Notes: generated by a model from the sequence alone, not told the origin. Positions 18,701-27,392 are shown, counted from the stretch's first letter. The stretch: 64,000 nt of DNA from Polyangiaceae bacterium (GCA_044376115.1 JBILLK010000006.1:320001-384000); one strand, 5' to 3'. Made by a program: numbers and translations.

Positions 18701-21700
18701 GGCCACGTCGATGTGAATGCGGGTGACCTCGATCTCGAGCGCCTCGAGTTTGGTTGCCAGTTGCTCGATGGCCTCCACGTGGCCGGATGCGACGCACTGC
18801 TGCGGTCGGTTGATGGCCGCGATCGAAAGGCCGGGCTGCAGATGCGCCGTCAGGTCTTTGGCCGAAAGAGGTACCCCCAACATCGAACCGCGCGGGAGCT
18901 TCTCGAACAAACGACCGCGACAGGTGACGATCCCGAGCGCGTCTTTCAGGCTCATCACGCCGGCCAAGTGTGCGGCGGCGTACTCGCCCATGCTGTGGCC
19001 GATCATGGCCGCCGGCGTTACGCCGTACGACTCGAGCAGCGCTGCAAGTGAGAGCTCGATCGCCAGCAGGGTAGGCAGGGCGAAGAACGGCCGCTCCAAG
19101 CTGGCTTCGCGGTTGCTCTCGGATTCCGGGTAGATCAGCGCTCGAATGTCGAGCCCGAGCAGCGGCTGCAAATGCGCGGCGCATTCGGCGAGCTTGGCAT
19201 CGAACACAGCCTGCCCCCGCAGCCCGCGGGCCATGCCGACGTATTGTGCGCCGCCGCCGGGAAACATGAACACGACGCGCGAGGCGTCTTTGCCCTCGAG
19301 CATGACCTCGCAACGTTTGACATCGCTCGCTCGCAGCGCCTCTGCAGCTTCCTGAGGCGTGCGCGCTACCACTGCCGCGCGCGCCGCGAAGCGTCGGCGA
19401 CCTTGTCCGAGGGTGAAGGCAACATCTTCGAGCGGCAGCTCGGGCCGATCGCTCAGGAAGGTAGCCAATTCCTCCCGTCCCTTGGCGAGCGCCGTCGCCG
19501 TCTTTGTCGAAAGCAGCAGCAACTGTGGCTCCTGCTTGTTCTCGCGTGGTTCGCGCAGCGGCGCTTCTTCCACGATCACGTGCGCGTTGGTGCCGCCTAG
19601 GCCGAAGGAACTAACGCCAGCGCGGCGAGGCTTCTCTGTGCGCGGCCAAGGCTTGAGCTTGGCGTTGACGTAGAACGGGCTGCCTTCAAAAGCGATGGCT
19701 GGGTTCGGCGTGTCGAAGTTGAGGCTAGGAGGAAGCTCCTCGTTTTCGAGCGCAAGCACGGTCTTGATCAGCCCTGCCGCGAGCGCGCCCGCGTCCAAGT
19801 GACCAATGTTGGTCTTGACCGAGCCGAGGCCGCAGAACGGTGCGCCGTCAGCAGGTCGGCCGAAGGCGCGGGTCAGCCCGAGCACTTCGATCGGATCGCC
19901 GAGCACCGTGCCGGTGCCGTGCGTTTCGACGTAGGAGACGTCTTCGGGCGTTAGCCCGGCTTTCTCGAGCGCGCGAGCGATCACCTCCGATTGGCCTTGT
20001 GCACTCGGTGCGGCAAACCCGATCTTGGCCCCGCCGTCGTTGTTGATGGCGGTGGCACGGATGACGGCGCGAATTTGATCACCGTCCGCCAGCGCTTGTT
20101 CCAGTGGCTTTACGACCACGAACCCGCAACCACTGCCGCGGACCATACCCGAAGCCTTGGCGTCGAAGGCGCGCACAACACCGTCGGGTGCTAGCGCGCC
20201 GCCGTCCACGTATGGGTAACCCGCAAGCGTGGGAAAGAGCACTTTGGCGCCGCCCACGAGCGCCATGTCACAGTCGCCGTCGCGCAGGCTCTGACAGGCG
20301 AGGTGAAGGGCGACGCCGGAGGTCGAGCAGGCCGTCTGCACGTTGACGGCGGGGCCGCGTAGATTGAGCTTATAGGCCACGTGGGTAGGCGGAAAATCAC
20401 GCTCGTTGCCGATCTGATTGTTGTGCTCGATCAGGCGGCCCGCGAGCTCGGGGTGGTGCGCGAGGTTCTCCAGCATGTAGGCATTGCGACCCACCCCACC
20501 GAAGATCCCGATACGGCCCTCGAAGCGCGAAGGATCGTAGCCAGAGTCCTCGAGCGCCGCGTACGCGGTCTCGATGAAGATGCGCTGTTGCGGATCCATC
20601 AGCTCGGCTTCACGCGGGGAGAAGCCAAAAAACGCTGCGTCCCAGGCGTCGGCCTCCTCGAGCACGAAGGCGCGCGCGACGTAGTCAGGGTCGTCGAGCA
20701 ACTTCGGATCGAGGCCGGATAGCTCGAGCTCTTCACGCGTGAGCGCGCGGGATGAGCACACTCCGGCGCGCAGGTTGCGCCAAAATTCGCGGCTGTTGCG
20801 TGCTCCCGGGAAGCGGCCGGCGAGCCCGACGATAGCGTAGGCGCTCGGCTCGCTGTTGCGGCGCGGCTTCGCCTTGGGCTGGGCGGAGCGTTGTTGTGCC
20901 GCGTCTGCCGTCGTCAGTTCGCCAAAGCGCTTGTTCACGGCCGCAGCGAAATCGCGGATGAGCACGGTGGCGATGGCCGCGACCGTGGGGGCGTCGAAGA
21001 AAGCGACGATGGGTACCGCCACGCCGAGCTCGGTGGACAGGCGCGCAACGAAGCGGACGGCTGCCAGCGAGGTGCCGCCCAACTCGAAGAAACGGTCGTG
21101 CACGCCGACCGCCGAAAGCTCGAGTGCGTCGCACCAAAGATCGCAGAGCAGCTTCTCCAACGGGTTGCGTGGCGCCACGTACGCCTGCTCGAGCTCAGGT
21201 CGATCGGTGCCGGGTTTGGGCAGCGCTTTGCGGTCCACCTTGCCCATCGGAGAGAGCGGTAGTGCGCTCAGAAAGACGAAGGCGGCGGGGATCATGTAGC
21301 TCGGCATGCGAGCGCCGAGCAGCGTGCGCAGCTTGCCGGCGGTGAGGCCTTCAGCCACGAGATACGCGACGAGCCTCTTGTCTCCGGGGTTGTCCTCGCG
21401 CGCGAGCACCACCACTTGCTTGACGCCTTCGAGCTCGCCGAGCGCGGTCTCGATCTCTCCCAGTTCGATGCGATGCCCACTAATTTTTACTTGGTCGTCG
21501 AGCCGCCCGCAGAACTCGAGGTTGCCGTCGGCGAGCTTGCGCACGCGATCGCCAGTCAGGTAGAGCTTCTCTCCCGCAGCAAAGGGGCTGTCGATGAAGC
21601 GCTCGCGCGTGAGCTCCGGGCGCTTGAGGTAGCCGCGGGCCAAGCCGTCACCGCCAATGAAGAGGTCGCCCACCTCGCCGTCGCCGACCAGGCGCTGGTC

Positions 21701-22726
21701 TGCACCCAAAATATAGATGCTCGTATGCGCGATGGCCTTGCCGATCGGGATCGACGTGAGGCTCTCGTCGAGCGGTCTCGGGATGCGGTAGCAGCAGGTG
21801 AAGGTGGTGCTCTCGGTGGGGCCGTAGCCGTTTACGAGCTGCGTGTTGGGCAGCAGGCGCAGCGCCTTGCGAATGTGTGGTACCGAGAGCGCCTCTCCCC
21901 CTGCCAAGACCTCTTGCACCGAGACGATGGCCTCCGGCGAGCGATCGATCATTAGGTTGAACAAGGACGAGGTGAGCCAGAGGGTGGTCACGCCGTTGCG
22001 TTCGATCACGGTCTTGAGCAGCGCCGCCTCAGGTACGCCGCACACGGGGTAGAGTACGCAGCTTCCGCCTTGCAGCAGCGCGCCCCAGATCTCCAAGGTC
22101 GCTGCGTCGAACGAGACCGGGGCTAACTGCAGCAGCACCCGCGTCTCGTCCAGCGGCGTGTAGTCATTCTCGCGCACGAGCCGCACGATCCCGCGATGCG
22201 GAACCATCACGCCCTTGGGCTTACCGGTCGAGCCCGAAGTGAAGATCACGTACGCGAGGTCGTCGGCGCTCGGGGTTGGCAGTGCAAGCGAGCCGCTGAA
22301 GTCGTGACCGAAGTTCTCGGCCAGCACGAGCGGTGCGGCTTGGCTCGCCGGCACGTCCTCGGTGGTGCTCGGTTGGGTGAGGATGACCGTGGCCTCGGTC
22401 TCGGCCAGCATGAAGGCCAAGCGCTCAGGGGGATACGCCGGATCGAGCGGTACGTAAGCGCAGCCGGCCTTCAGGATCCCGAGGAACCCGACGATGGTCT
22501 CGAGCGACTTCTCGAGCAGCGTAGCGACGAAGGTGCCCGGTTTGACCCCGCGCTCAAGCAGCGCAGCGGCCACCGCGTTGGCTCGTTTGTCGAGCTCGGC
22601 GTAGCTCAACCTGGTGTCGTTTTCTCCGTCCTTCCCCGGGAGAATCAGCGCGGTCTTGTTGGCAAACTTTGCGACGACTTGATCGAAGGCCGCGACGACC
22701 GAAAGTGACGGGCTGTAACGCAACAT
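12785..22726 (-). CDS. Hybrid NRPS-PKS: A-T-KS-AT-ACP-aminotransferase(class III)-C-A-T
   Basis: A1 FTSGSTGKPKG/NGYGPTE; T GGTSL; KS VQTACSTS, HGTGT, KTNIGH; AT GHSMG; ACP GFDSL; AMT FCNTGSEA, FDEMVTGFR, ATYGKVVGG; C HHLIADGWS; A2 YTSGSTGKPKG/NEYGPTE; T GGHSL; acidic tail GEREEVSF. Confidence 0.97.
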   Translation of the reverse strand: MLRYSPSLSVVAAFDQVVAKFANKTALILPGKDGENDTRLSYAELDKRANAVAAALLERGVKPGTFVATLLEKSLETIVGFLGILKAGCAYVPLDPAYPPERLAFMLAETEATVILTQPSTTEDVPASQAAPLVLAENFGHDFSGSLALPTPSADDLAYVIFTSGSTGKPKGVMVPHRGIVRLVRENDYTPLDETRVLLQLAPVSFDAATLEIWGALLQGGSCVLYPVCGVPEAALLKTVIERNGVTTLWLTSSLFNLMIDRSPEAIVSVQEVLAGGEALSVPHIRKALRLLPNTQLVNGYGPTESTTFTCCYRIPRPLDESLTSIPIGKAIAHTSIYILGADQRLVGDGEVGDLFIGGDGLARGYLKRPELTRERFIDSPFAAGEKLYLTGDRVRKLADGNLEFCGRLDDQVKISGHRIELGEIETALGELEGVKQVVVLAREDNPGDKRLVAYLVAEGLTAGKLRTLLGARMPSYMIPAAFVFLSALPLSPMGKVDRKALPKPGTDRPELEQAYVAPRNPLEKLLCDLWCDALELSAVGVHDRFFELGGTSLAAVRFVARLSTELGVAVPIVAFFDAPTVAAIATVLIRDFAAAVNKRFGELTTADAAQQRSAQPKAKPRRNSEPSAYAIVGLAGRFPGARNSREFWRNLRAGVCSSRALTREELELSGLDPKLLDDPDYVARAFVLEEADAWDAAFFGFSPREAELMDPQQRIFIETAYAALEDSGYDPSRFEGRIGIFGGVGRNAYMLENLAHHPELAGRLIEHNNQIGNERDFPPTHVAYKLNLRGPAVNVQTACSTSGVALHLACQSLRDGDCDMALVGGAKVLFPTLAGYPYVDGGALAPDGVVRAFDAKASGMVRGSGCGFVVVKPLEQALADGDQIRAVIRATAINNDGGAKIGFAAPSAQGQSEVIARALEKAGLTPEDVSYVETHGTGTVLGDPIEVLGLTRAFGRPADGAPFCGLGSVKTNIGHLDAGALAAGLIKTVLALENEELPPSLNFDTPNPAIAFEGSPFYVNAKLKPWPRTEKPRRAGVSSFGLGGTNAHVIVEEAPLREPRENKQEPQLLLLSTKTATALAKGREELATFLSDRPELPLEDVAFTLGQGRRRFAARAAVVARTPQEAAEALRASDVKRCEVMLEGKDASRVVFMFPGGGAQYVGMARGLRGQAVFDAKLAECAAHLQPLLGLDIRALIYPESESNREASLERPFFALPTLLAIELSLAALLESYGVTPAAMIGHSMGEYAAAHLAGVMSLKDALGIVTCRGRLFEKLPRGSMLGVPLSAKDLTAHLQPGLSIAAINRPQQCVASGHVEAIEQLATKLEALEIEVTRIHIDVAAHSELVEPILPEFLEYLRTLEFAAPTLPFVSNVTGTWITAAQAQDPNYWAAHLRSTVRFADGIDAVLETPGTALIEVGPGRTLSTLAKSHPRLATPGARHVVTSTVRHPQEPVDDLSFLLKTVGRLWLAGLEIDHAALAPNARRTSLPTYPFERRRYVATAASAAKAPAMLAIPPPLPPPLEAAKASPAPSPPVAVPAVVAPPPPARVMPMSSRKDRLATEIARILADLSGMEADKIDPRATFLELGFDSLFLTQANGSFRKRFGVKTTVRQLLEKAPGVLPLAEFLDGQMPADAFPAEAQAEPVAAPAAPAAAAAPTAPSAPVEIAPAQAAAFATAPAALPFVGAGPGAPASAIERVIANQLAVMQEQLAVLRGAPSAAVSIVAQPPAPTMVATPAPSTPVAAPVAAAPAAAPKAAAPAEPEKKANKESPWAPVEKNADVTSLPPEQQAHLDELIAKVVARAPTSKQMTQEHRRHFADPRTVQGFKLQWKDMVFPIVAAKSEGSKMWDVDGNEYIDLVNGYGATFLGHNTPFIREAVKAQLERGVEIGPQNYLAGKLAKLFCEMTGNERAAFCNTGSEAVLAALRLARTVTGKDGIATFSGHYHGIFDEVLVKGSMMAGKRRTLPIAPGIPQRHVEKTLVLNYGDMASLDAIRKHADELAIVLVEPIRSRNPNLQPVEFVRALRALTEELNIILLFDEMVTGFRAHPGGMQALWGIRADLATYGKVVGGEFPIGVVAGKAKLMDALDGGHWQYGDNSVPEADMTWFAGTFVRHPVAMASAYATLSYLKEQGPSLQEELGKRTAAFGQRMNEYFQECSAPLVMEWFSSFVVLKFTSFQEYSQLLFYHLHNRGIFTYEGRPAFFTTAHTDEDFAKIEAAMRESVEVLQRVGFLPGTPVQREPREIAMSEGQQEIWLATRFGSDASCAFNLASTLQLKGALALDKLQTALNLLSKRHEALRCVPNQDGLTQRLMPPGEVKLPFTDLSSLSPAERDARLEEIKQREVTVEFDLEQGPLFRTQLVKLAADEHFIILTAHHLIADGWSCGVICRELGKIYASVCEGKPAELEPAMPYSEWIDQQRGAAASAERKTSEAYWVSQYAGRPIPVLDLPSDRPRPAVKSFAADRISLKFDEPFVAEIKKMAGKQGATLFAGVLAGFHVLLARLSGQSDVVVGFSLAGQSDVEGRALVGHCVQFLPLRLELNREQSFADHVKNVRGKVFDAFEYKNFTFGTLIKQLAVPRDPSRVPLMSVAFNLDPNSLGIGFHDLQCTVGSVPRRYENFDIFFNLVESNTGVEVQATFNLDLFDRETVRRRLEQYRVLLEAAVRDANQKSADLPLMSESERQRLLVDWNQTQAVAASGLPVHELFQTHADRSPLSIAVRGDHRTLTYGELEQRANQLAHLLAGRGASEGKRIGVSLPRTPELVISLLAVLKTGAAYVPIDPALPEDRVRFMLDDAGCELLLSHTESPAVEGLAVSRVFYVDQASELLQAQSSSPLGRSCTPETVAYVAYTSGSTGKPKGVMIPHRALTHYLSWAIAQYEMKSGTGSPVHSSIGFDLTITSLFGPLAAGNTVQLLSDTKDVAALAKVLRDPGGFSVVKLTPAHLGILAAELPKEALATGAHTLVVGGEQLEAAHVAAFRAHAPNVKIWNEYGPTETTVGCCIHLVNADSPQNGAIPIGRPAPGTKLYVLDDRRKPVPIGVSGELYIGGPQVGLGYLNQPELTRERFIESPFESGATLYRTGDLVKYRSSGELEFLGRVDKQVKIRGYRIELGEIESVLRSSEWVAGAAVIASGTSAETRTLTAFIVPKRPLMLKAGSSLVDELRRHLHSKLPEYMVPGTMVELESLPLTDNGKVDEKALQGQLATVAGTTKPAFVAPSSETGIKVAQLFAEALGVARVSLHDSFFELGGHSLMGIQLIVRLRESLGVPELSLSSLFSTPTVAGLSERIDALAYQRSGGSVDKSGEREEVSF

Positions 22727-22836
22727 GGCTCGAGGCTGCGGACTATACGCCGACGGAGCTAGCCCCCAAGCTCCTTTCGCATGGCGTCTTGCCTGCTGAA
22801 AAAAGGTCTGCGTTTCGCGACGTAACGAGCGGTTCG

Positions 22837-23715
22837 CTAGCTTGCGACCAAGAGCAGCAGCTTCAGATAACGACCGCCACCCTCATCGCGCTTGACCTCC
22901 GCCGCCAACCCAAGCGCTAGATTCGGTTGGTCGACGAGGACGCGCTCGGGCTCATACTCGCTCGAAGCCACCATGCGTCGGCCGATCACCGTCAGCGGCC
23001 GAGGAAAGCTGCCCAAGCGTTCGAGCAGTGACTCGGAGACGTCGCGGACGCTCGCCTGGCTCACATCATCGTCGAGCTCTTCGATCAGCGAGGCTGCGGC
23101 GCTCTCCAGGGTGGGCTCGAGCACTGGCGCAGCTCGGCCGAGCTGCTGTCGAGCGCTCGTGATTCGCTCGAGCACCCGCTGCTTGGCCTCAGCCTCTGTC
23201 TCGCGCGGGACGGGCCGCGCAAACACCTGGACGAACAGCTGGTTCCTCGGGTCGGCAGCGCCGCCGCGCACGACGCCAACCCCCACGTGCGTGATGTCGG
23301 TCGCCATCAGGTTCGCGAAGTGCCCCGGGCTCTTGAGCAGGCCAGCCTGCGCGAGGTTCACGTCGAATGCTTCGGCCAGATTTTCACGGGCCGAGGCCGT
23401 CGGAAAGTCGGCTGCGGCCAAGCGATCTTCGAGCGAACCGGTGTTGGGCGAGTGATGGTCGAAGAAGCGAAAGTTGCGCATGTCGAGCGCGTGCGCGCGA
23501 GCGATGCCCGCCAAGCTCTCGTCGTATTGCAGCGGTCCCAGGCCGTTTGCGGCGCGGTCCTGGTTGATGCGCACGAACATGGCCCGCTCGATCTCGATTG
23601 CTTCGGGCGGCGGTGGTCGAAAGGAGCCTGGGAGTGTGCGAGGCCCGGCGCAGGCAGCGAGCTCCGCCAAGCCGAGCGCACCCAAAGCGCGGCCGAAGCT
23701 GCGTCTGCCGCTCAT
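22837..23715 (-). CDS. CAP/SCP domain lipoprotein (possible Tat substrate)
   Basis: Start reset to ATG 23715 (MSGRRSFGRALGALGLAELAAC: twin-Arg and lipobox); CAP motifs INQDRAANGLGPL, ARAHALDM, ENLA, SPGHFANL, THVGVGV. Confidence 0.85.
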   Translation of the reverse strand: MSGRRSFGRALGALGLAELAACAGPRTLPGSFRPPPPEAIEIERAMFVRINQDRAANGLGPLQYDESLAGIARAHALDMRNFRFFDHHSPNTGSLEDRLAAADFPTASARENLAEAFDVNLAQAGLLKSPGHFANLMATDITHVGVGVVRGGAADPRNQLFVQVFARPVPRETEAEAKQRVLERITSARQQLGRAAPVLEPTLESAAASLIEELDDDVSQASVRDVSESLLERLGSFPRPLTVIGRRMVASSEYEPERVLVDQPNLALGLAAEVKRDEGGGRYLKLLLLVAS

Positions 23716-23726
23716 GCCTCGGCGGA

Positions 23727-24710
23727 TCACTTGCGGCCGATGTCGCTGCCGCGCAACGAGGCCACGTCGATGTCGATCTCGATGTCGACGTCGATGTCGA
23801 TGTCCCACGGTTTTGCAGCCGGAAGGACGCTCGAGTCGCGTTTGACCGGAAGCTCAGCGATCGCCCGCAGCACGGTGTACATCTTCCCAACGGTCGCAAA
23901 GCGATCGGCCGGGTCAGCGCTGAGCGCCTTCTCGACCCAGCCGTCGAGCGCCGCGGGGAGGCCGGGCCGGAGCGCGCAAACCGACGGACGTTCGCCGCGG
24001 GTGACGGCGATCAGGAAGCGGTCGATCGGCTGCTTTGGGTCGAACGGCGGCTTGCCGGCGAGCGCGCGGAAGATCACGGCCGCTAGCGAGTAGACGTCGA
24101 TTCGGCGGTCGGCTTGTTTTGCTTTGCCGCGCCAAACCTCCGGCGCGATGTAGCCGGGCGAGCCCGCGATCATCCCTTCCTGCGTGAGCGCTGCGGCGTT
24201 CAGATCTTTGGCCAGACCGAAGTCGAGCAGGCGCACGCCACCGCGCGTATTCGAGTCCAAAACGAAGATGTTCCCGGGCTTGATGTCGCGGTGGATGATG
24301 CCGAGCTCATGCGCCGCGTCGAGCGTATCGGCGATCGGAGCGAGCAGATTGACCAGCCGCACCAGATCGATCTTGGCGCCGTGCTTCTCGAGCTCGAGCA
24401 AGTACTGCTCGAGGTCCCGGCCGGCGAGCAGCTCCATGACGATGTAGAGGTCCCCGTTGGGCGCCTTGTTGAAGGCGAAGATCTGCGTGGCGCTGGTGCC
24501 GGAGAGGGCGCCCATCGCTTTGGCTTCGCGGTGCATCCGGGTCTTGAACTGGATGTCGGCGGCGAGCGCGCTGGTCAGGCACTTGATGGCAACCTTGGAG
24601 CCGAGCATCTCGTCGACGGCGGCGTAGACCACACCGTGCCCTCCTTGGCCGACGAGACCTTGGATTCGGTAACGCCCATCGATGGAGTCGCCGACTTTGT
24701 AGCTGCTCAT
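23727..24710 (-). CDS. Serine/threonine protein kinase (soluble)
   Basis: GQGGHGVVY, VAIK, IHRDIKPGN, DFG, GSPGYIAPE, DVYSL. Confidence 0.95.
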   Translation of the reverse strand: MSSYKVGDSIDGRYRIQGLVGQGGHGVVYAAVDEMLGSKVAIKCLTSALAADIQFKTRMHREAKAMGALSGTSATQIFAFNKAPNGDLYIVMELLAGRDLEQYLLELEKHGAKIDLVRLVNLLAPIADTLDAAHELGIIHRDIKPGNIFVLDSNTRGGVRLLDFGLAKDLNAAALTQEGMIAGSPGYIAPEVWRGKAKQADRRIDVYSLAAVIFRALAGKPPFDPKQPIDRFLIAVTRGERPSVCALRPGLPAALDGWVEKALSADPADRFATVGKMYTVLRAIAELPVKRDSSVLPAAKPWDIDIDVDIEIDIDVASLRGSDIGRK

Positions 24711-24834
24711 GGTGCTTCATCCTACGGGCTAACGAGCAACGGAGCGAGAAAACGCCCCAACTTCCGCTGAGGGCAGATGCCAGCGAGCGCCTGGCTCGGT
24801 CGGTGAGCGGCATGGGCCTTGATAGGGCTGAGTC

Positions 24835-25170
24835 ATGCGCTGGCTGTTGTTCCTCCTTTTGCTGGTCGCGTGGACGCCCACGGCGTTTGCTTTCGAGCTC
24901 AATCCGCTGGAAAGCCAGAGTGGGCCGCGTGATGCAACGCTCTACGCCAGTCAAGAATTTGCCGGGAGCGTCGCCGATCTGACGGTTGTACCTCCACGTG
25001 CGGAGGCTGGGCAGGAGGTAGCGGCGCGCTACGCAGGTTGCGAGCAGTCGGGCTACTCGATGCGCACCACGTCGATGGGCGCCGCGTTGATTGTGCTCTT
25101 CGCCTTGTTTCGCCGGCGTCGCACCAAAGCCCAACTCTCGAGCGGGCGGCCCTACACTTCCCAGCGATAG
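24835..25170 (+). CDS. Small secreted protein with MYXO-CTERM-like C-terminus
   Basis: Signal peptide MRWLLFLLLLVAWTPTAFA; C-terminal GC...GAALIVLFALFRRRR; 3' end overlaps the convergent OsmC gene by 19 nt. Confidence 0.6.
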   Translation: MRWLLFLLLLVAWTPTAFAFELNPLESQSGPRDATLYASQEFAGSVADLTVVPPRAEAGQEVAARYAGCEQSGYSMRTTSMGAALIVLFALFRRRRTKAQLSSGRPYTSQR

Positions 25171-25574
25171 GTGGTGACGACCTCCACCTCGGGTGAGAGC
25201 GAAAGCCGGACGGGGCAGGTCTCTCCGATATGGCGGAGTCCCTCCCGCGAGGCCTCCGAAAGGTGCTCGCCTTTGTCTTTGGGCAACGAGATATCGACCA
25301 CGAGGCGAGCAACCTTGCGCGGGGGAGCTGCGGTCATGTGCTTCTCGACTAGGCCCTTCATGCCAACCACGTCCAGCCCCTGATTGCGCGCGGCAATGCC
25401 CATCACGGTGATCATGCAGGTGCCCAGCGAGGTCGCCAGCAGGTCGGTGGGTGAGAAGCCTTCGCCCAGCCCGTAGTTGTCGCGTGGAGCATCCGTGGAC
25501 AGGGTGCTTGCGGAGGGCTCGTGGCTGACTGTTGTTCGAAGATTGCCCTGGTACTCAATGCTGACTCGGACCAT
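25152..25574 (-). CDS. OsmC/Ohr family protein
   Basis: TDAPRDNYGLGEGFSPTDLLATSLGTC...CPV two-Cys pattern. Confidence 0.92.
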   Translation of the reverse strand: MVRVSIEYQGNLRTTVSHEPSASTLSTDAPRDNYGLGEGFSPTDLLATSLGTCMITVMGIAARNQGLDVVGMKGLVEKHMTAAPPRKVARLVVDISLPKDKGEHLSEASREGLRHIGETCPVRLSLSPEVEVVTTYRWEV

Positions 25575-25716
25575 GCGGTAAACGCTACTCTGTGCCGAGG
25601 CACAAAGCTCGTCTGCGCAAGCTTCGCTCGTGCGCGACGAGGCATTGGCGCGAGGAAGGTCTCGCAGCCCCGATAACGCTTCGCCCAGGGTGTGAAGCTG
25701 CTAAAGGTCCAAGTCG

Positions 25717-27264
25717 ATGTGGAGCGGCAAAAACCTCGCCTCGCCCGCCTTGCTGATCTCGGTGTTCGTGATCTCGACCAGCGGGCTCATCTACCAGCTG
25801 GTGTGCGGCACCTTGGCCAGCTACGTGCTCGGGGACAGCGTCGCTCAGTTCAGCCTCGTGATCGGGCTGTACTTGTTCGCGATGGGAATCGGCTCCTACC
25901 TGTCAAAGTTCGTCGAGGAGGATCTGCTCTCGCGCTTCGTGCAGATTGAGCTTGGGCTGGCGCTGGTTGGCGGGCTTTCGGGGCCACTCTTGTTTCGCGT
26001 GTACGCAGCCTACGGCGCGTTTCGCGTGGCGCTGTATCTGAATGTGCTGCTGATCGGCACGCTGGTGGGCCTGGAGATTCCGCTTCTGTTGCGGCTGCTG
26101 AAGTTCTCTTTGGACTTGAAGGACTTGGTCGCGCGGGTGCTCTCGCTCGACTACGTGGGCGCGCTGTTGGCCAGCATCCTGTTTCCGACCTTGCTCCTGC
26201 CGCGGCTCGGAGTGCATCAAACCAGCATCTTCTTCGGCGCGCTGAACGCGGTGGTGGCGCTGGTAGCGACCTTCTTGTTCCCGTTGCCGAGACCCGTGCT
26301 CTTCCGCCTGCGCGCGAGCGGCGTGTTTGTGTTGGTGACGCTCGGGGTGGTGTCGCTGAGCGTAAACACGTTGGTCCGCTCGGCTGAATCGCTCTATTTC
26401 GGAGCCCCGATCGTCTACGTCAATCAGTCGCCCTACCAGCGGGTCGTGATCACCGAGAGCGTCAAGAGCACCAAGCTCTTTTTGAATGGCAACCTCCAGT
26501 TCAGCTCCGACGATGAGTACCGCTACCACGAAGCCCTGGTGCATCCGGTGATGGCCCGTTTCTCGGGCACGCCGCGTCGCGTGCTGGTGCTTGGTGGTGG
26601 AGACGGTTTGGCGGTGCGTGAACTCTTGAAGTACCCATCGATCGAACGCATCGATTTGGTGGACCTCGATGCCGCGGTGACCGAGTTCTTTGGCGAACAT
26701 CCGTTGGGCAAGCGTCTGAACGGAGGCTCCCTCGGTGACCCCCGTGTGCACGTCCACAACGAAGACGCCTTTCGCTGGCTGGAAGAGACGAGTGAGCCTT
26801 CCTTCGACGTAGCCATCGTCGACTTCCCGGATCCGAGCAATTACGGCGTCGGCAAGCTGTACACCGACGCGTTCTATCTGCGCTTGCGGCGGCAGCTCGG
26901 TTTGCGGGGCGTTGCGGTGATTCAAGCGACCTCGCCCGGTTTCGCACGCAAGACCTTCTGGTCGATCGTAACCACCGTCGAGAGCGTTGGGTTTTCGGCC
27001 AACCCCTATCACGCGTACGTGCCAAGCTTTGGCGATTGGGGCTTCATCTTGATTGGTACGCCAGGCCTCGATGGCGGGTCGCTCGCGCCTCCGCGCCAGT
27101 TGAAGGTCGAGGCATCGGAGCTGCGCTTCTTGGACGAGGTCGTCCTCAAGCAGCTGTTTGAGTTCCCCAAGGACCAAGCGCGCGTTGATGGGGAAATCAA
27201 TCGCCTCAACGACCAAAAGCTCGTGCCGCTGTACACCTCCGAGTGGGGCGAGTGGTCTCGCTGA
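25717..27264 (+). CDS. speE: Polyamine aminopropyltransferase (spermidine synthase with N-terminal TM domain)
   Basis: About 7 TM N-terminus; LFLNGNLQFSSDDEYRYHEALVHP, VLGGGDGLAVRE, VDLD, DFPDP, YVPSFGDWGF. Confidence 0.93.
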   Translation: MWSGKNLASPALLISVFVISTSGLIYQLVCGTLASYVLGDSVAQFSLVIGLYLFAMGIGSYLSKFVEEDLLSRFVQIELGLALVGGLSGPLLFRVYAAYGAFRVALYLNVLLIGTLVGLEIPLLLRLLKFSLDLKDLVARVLSLDYVGALLASILFPTLLLPRLGVHQTSIFFGALNAVVALVATFLFPLPRPVLFRLRASGVFVLVTLGVVSLSVNTLVRSAESLYFGAPIVYVNQSPYQRVVITESVKSTKLFLNGNLQFSSDDEYRYHEALVHPVMARFSGTPRRVLVLGGGDGLAVRELLKYPSIERIDLVDLDAAVTEFFGEHPLGKRLNGGSLGDPRVHVHNEDAFRWLEETSEPSFDVAIVDFPDPSNYGVGKLYTDAFYLRLRRQLGLRGVAVIQATSPGFARKTFWSIVTTVESVGFSANPYHAYVPSFGDWGFILIGTPGLDGGSLAPPRQLKVEASELRFLDEVVLKQLFEFPKDQARVDGEINRLNDQKLVPLYTSEWGEWSR

Positions 27265-27392
27265 AGGCTGCTGTTGGGTGCGCGTGATTCGGATATTGAG
27301 GGTCGAAGGGCCAGCTCTCAGGTGGCTGAGCCGGGGCGGGCAGCCATGAGAATTCGGTGCGTTCGGCTGGGTTCGGTACTAGACTCCGCCGC

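Noticed and set aside
25903..27216. Long antisense ORFs (also 59854-61230, 3781-4779, 18129-19313, 35954-37153)
   Set aside because: Shadows or alternate frames of well-supported genes in high-GC DNA; no recognisable motifs.
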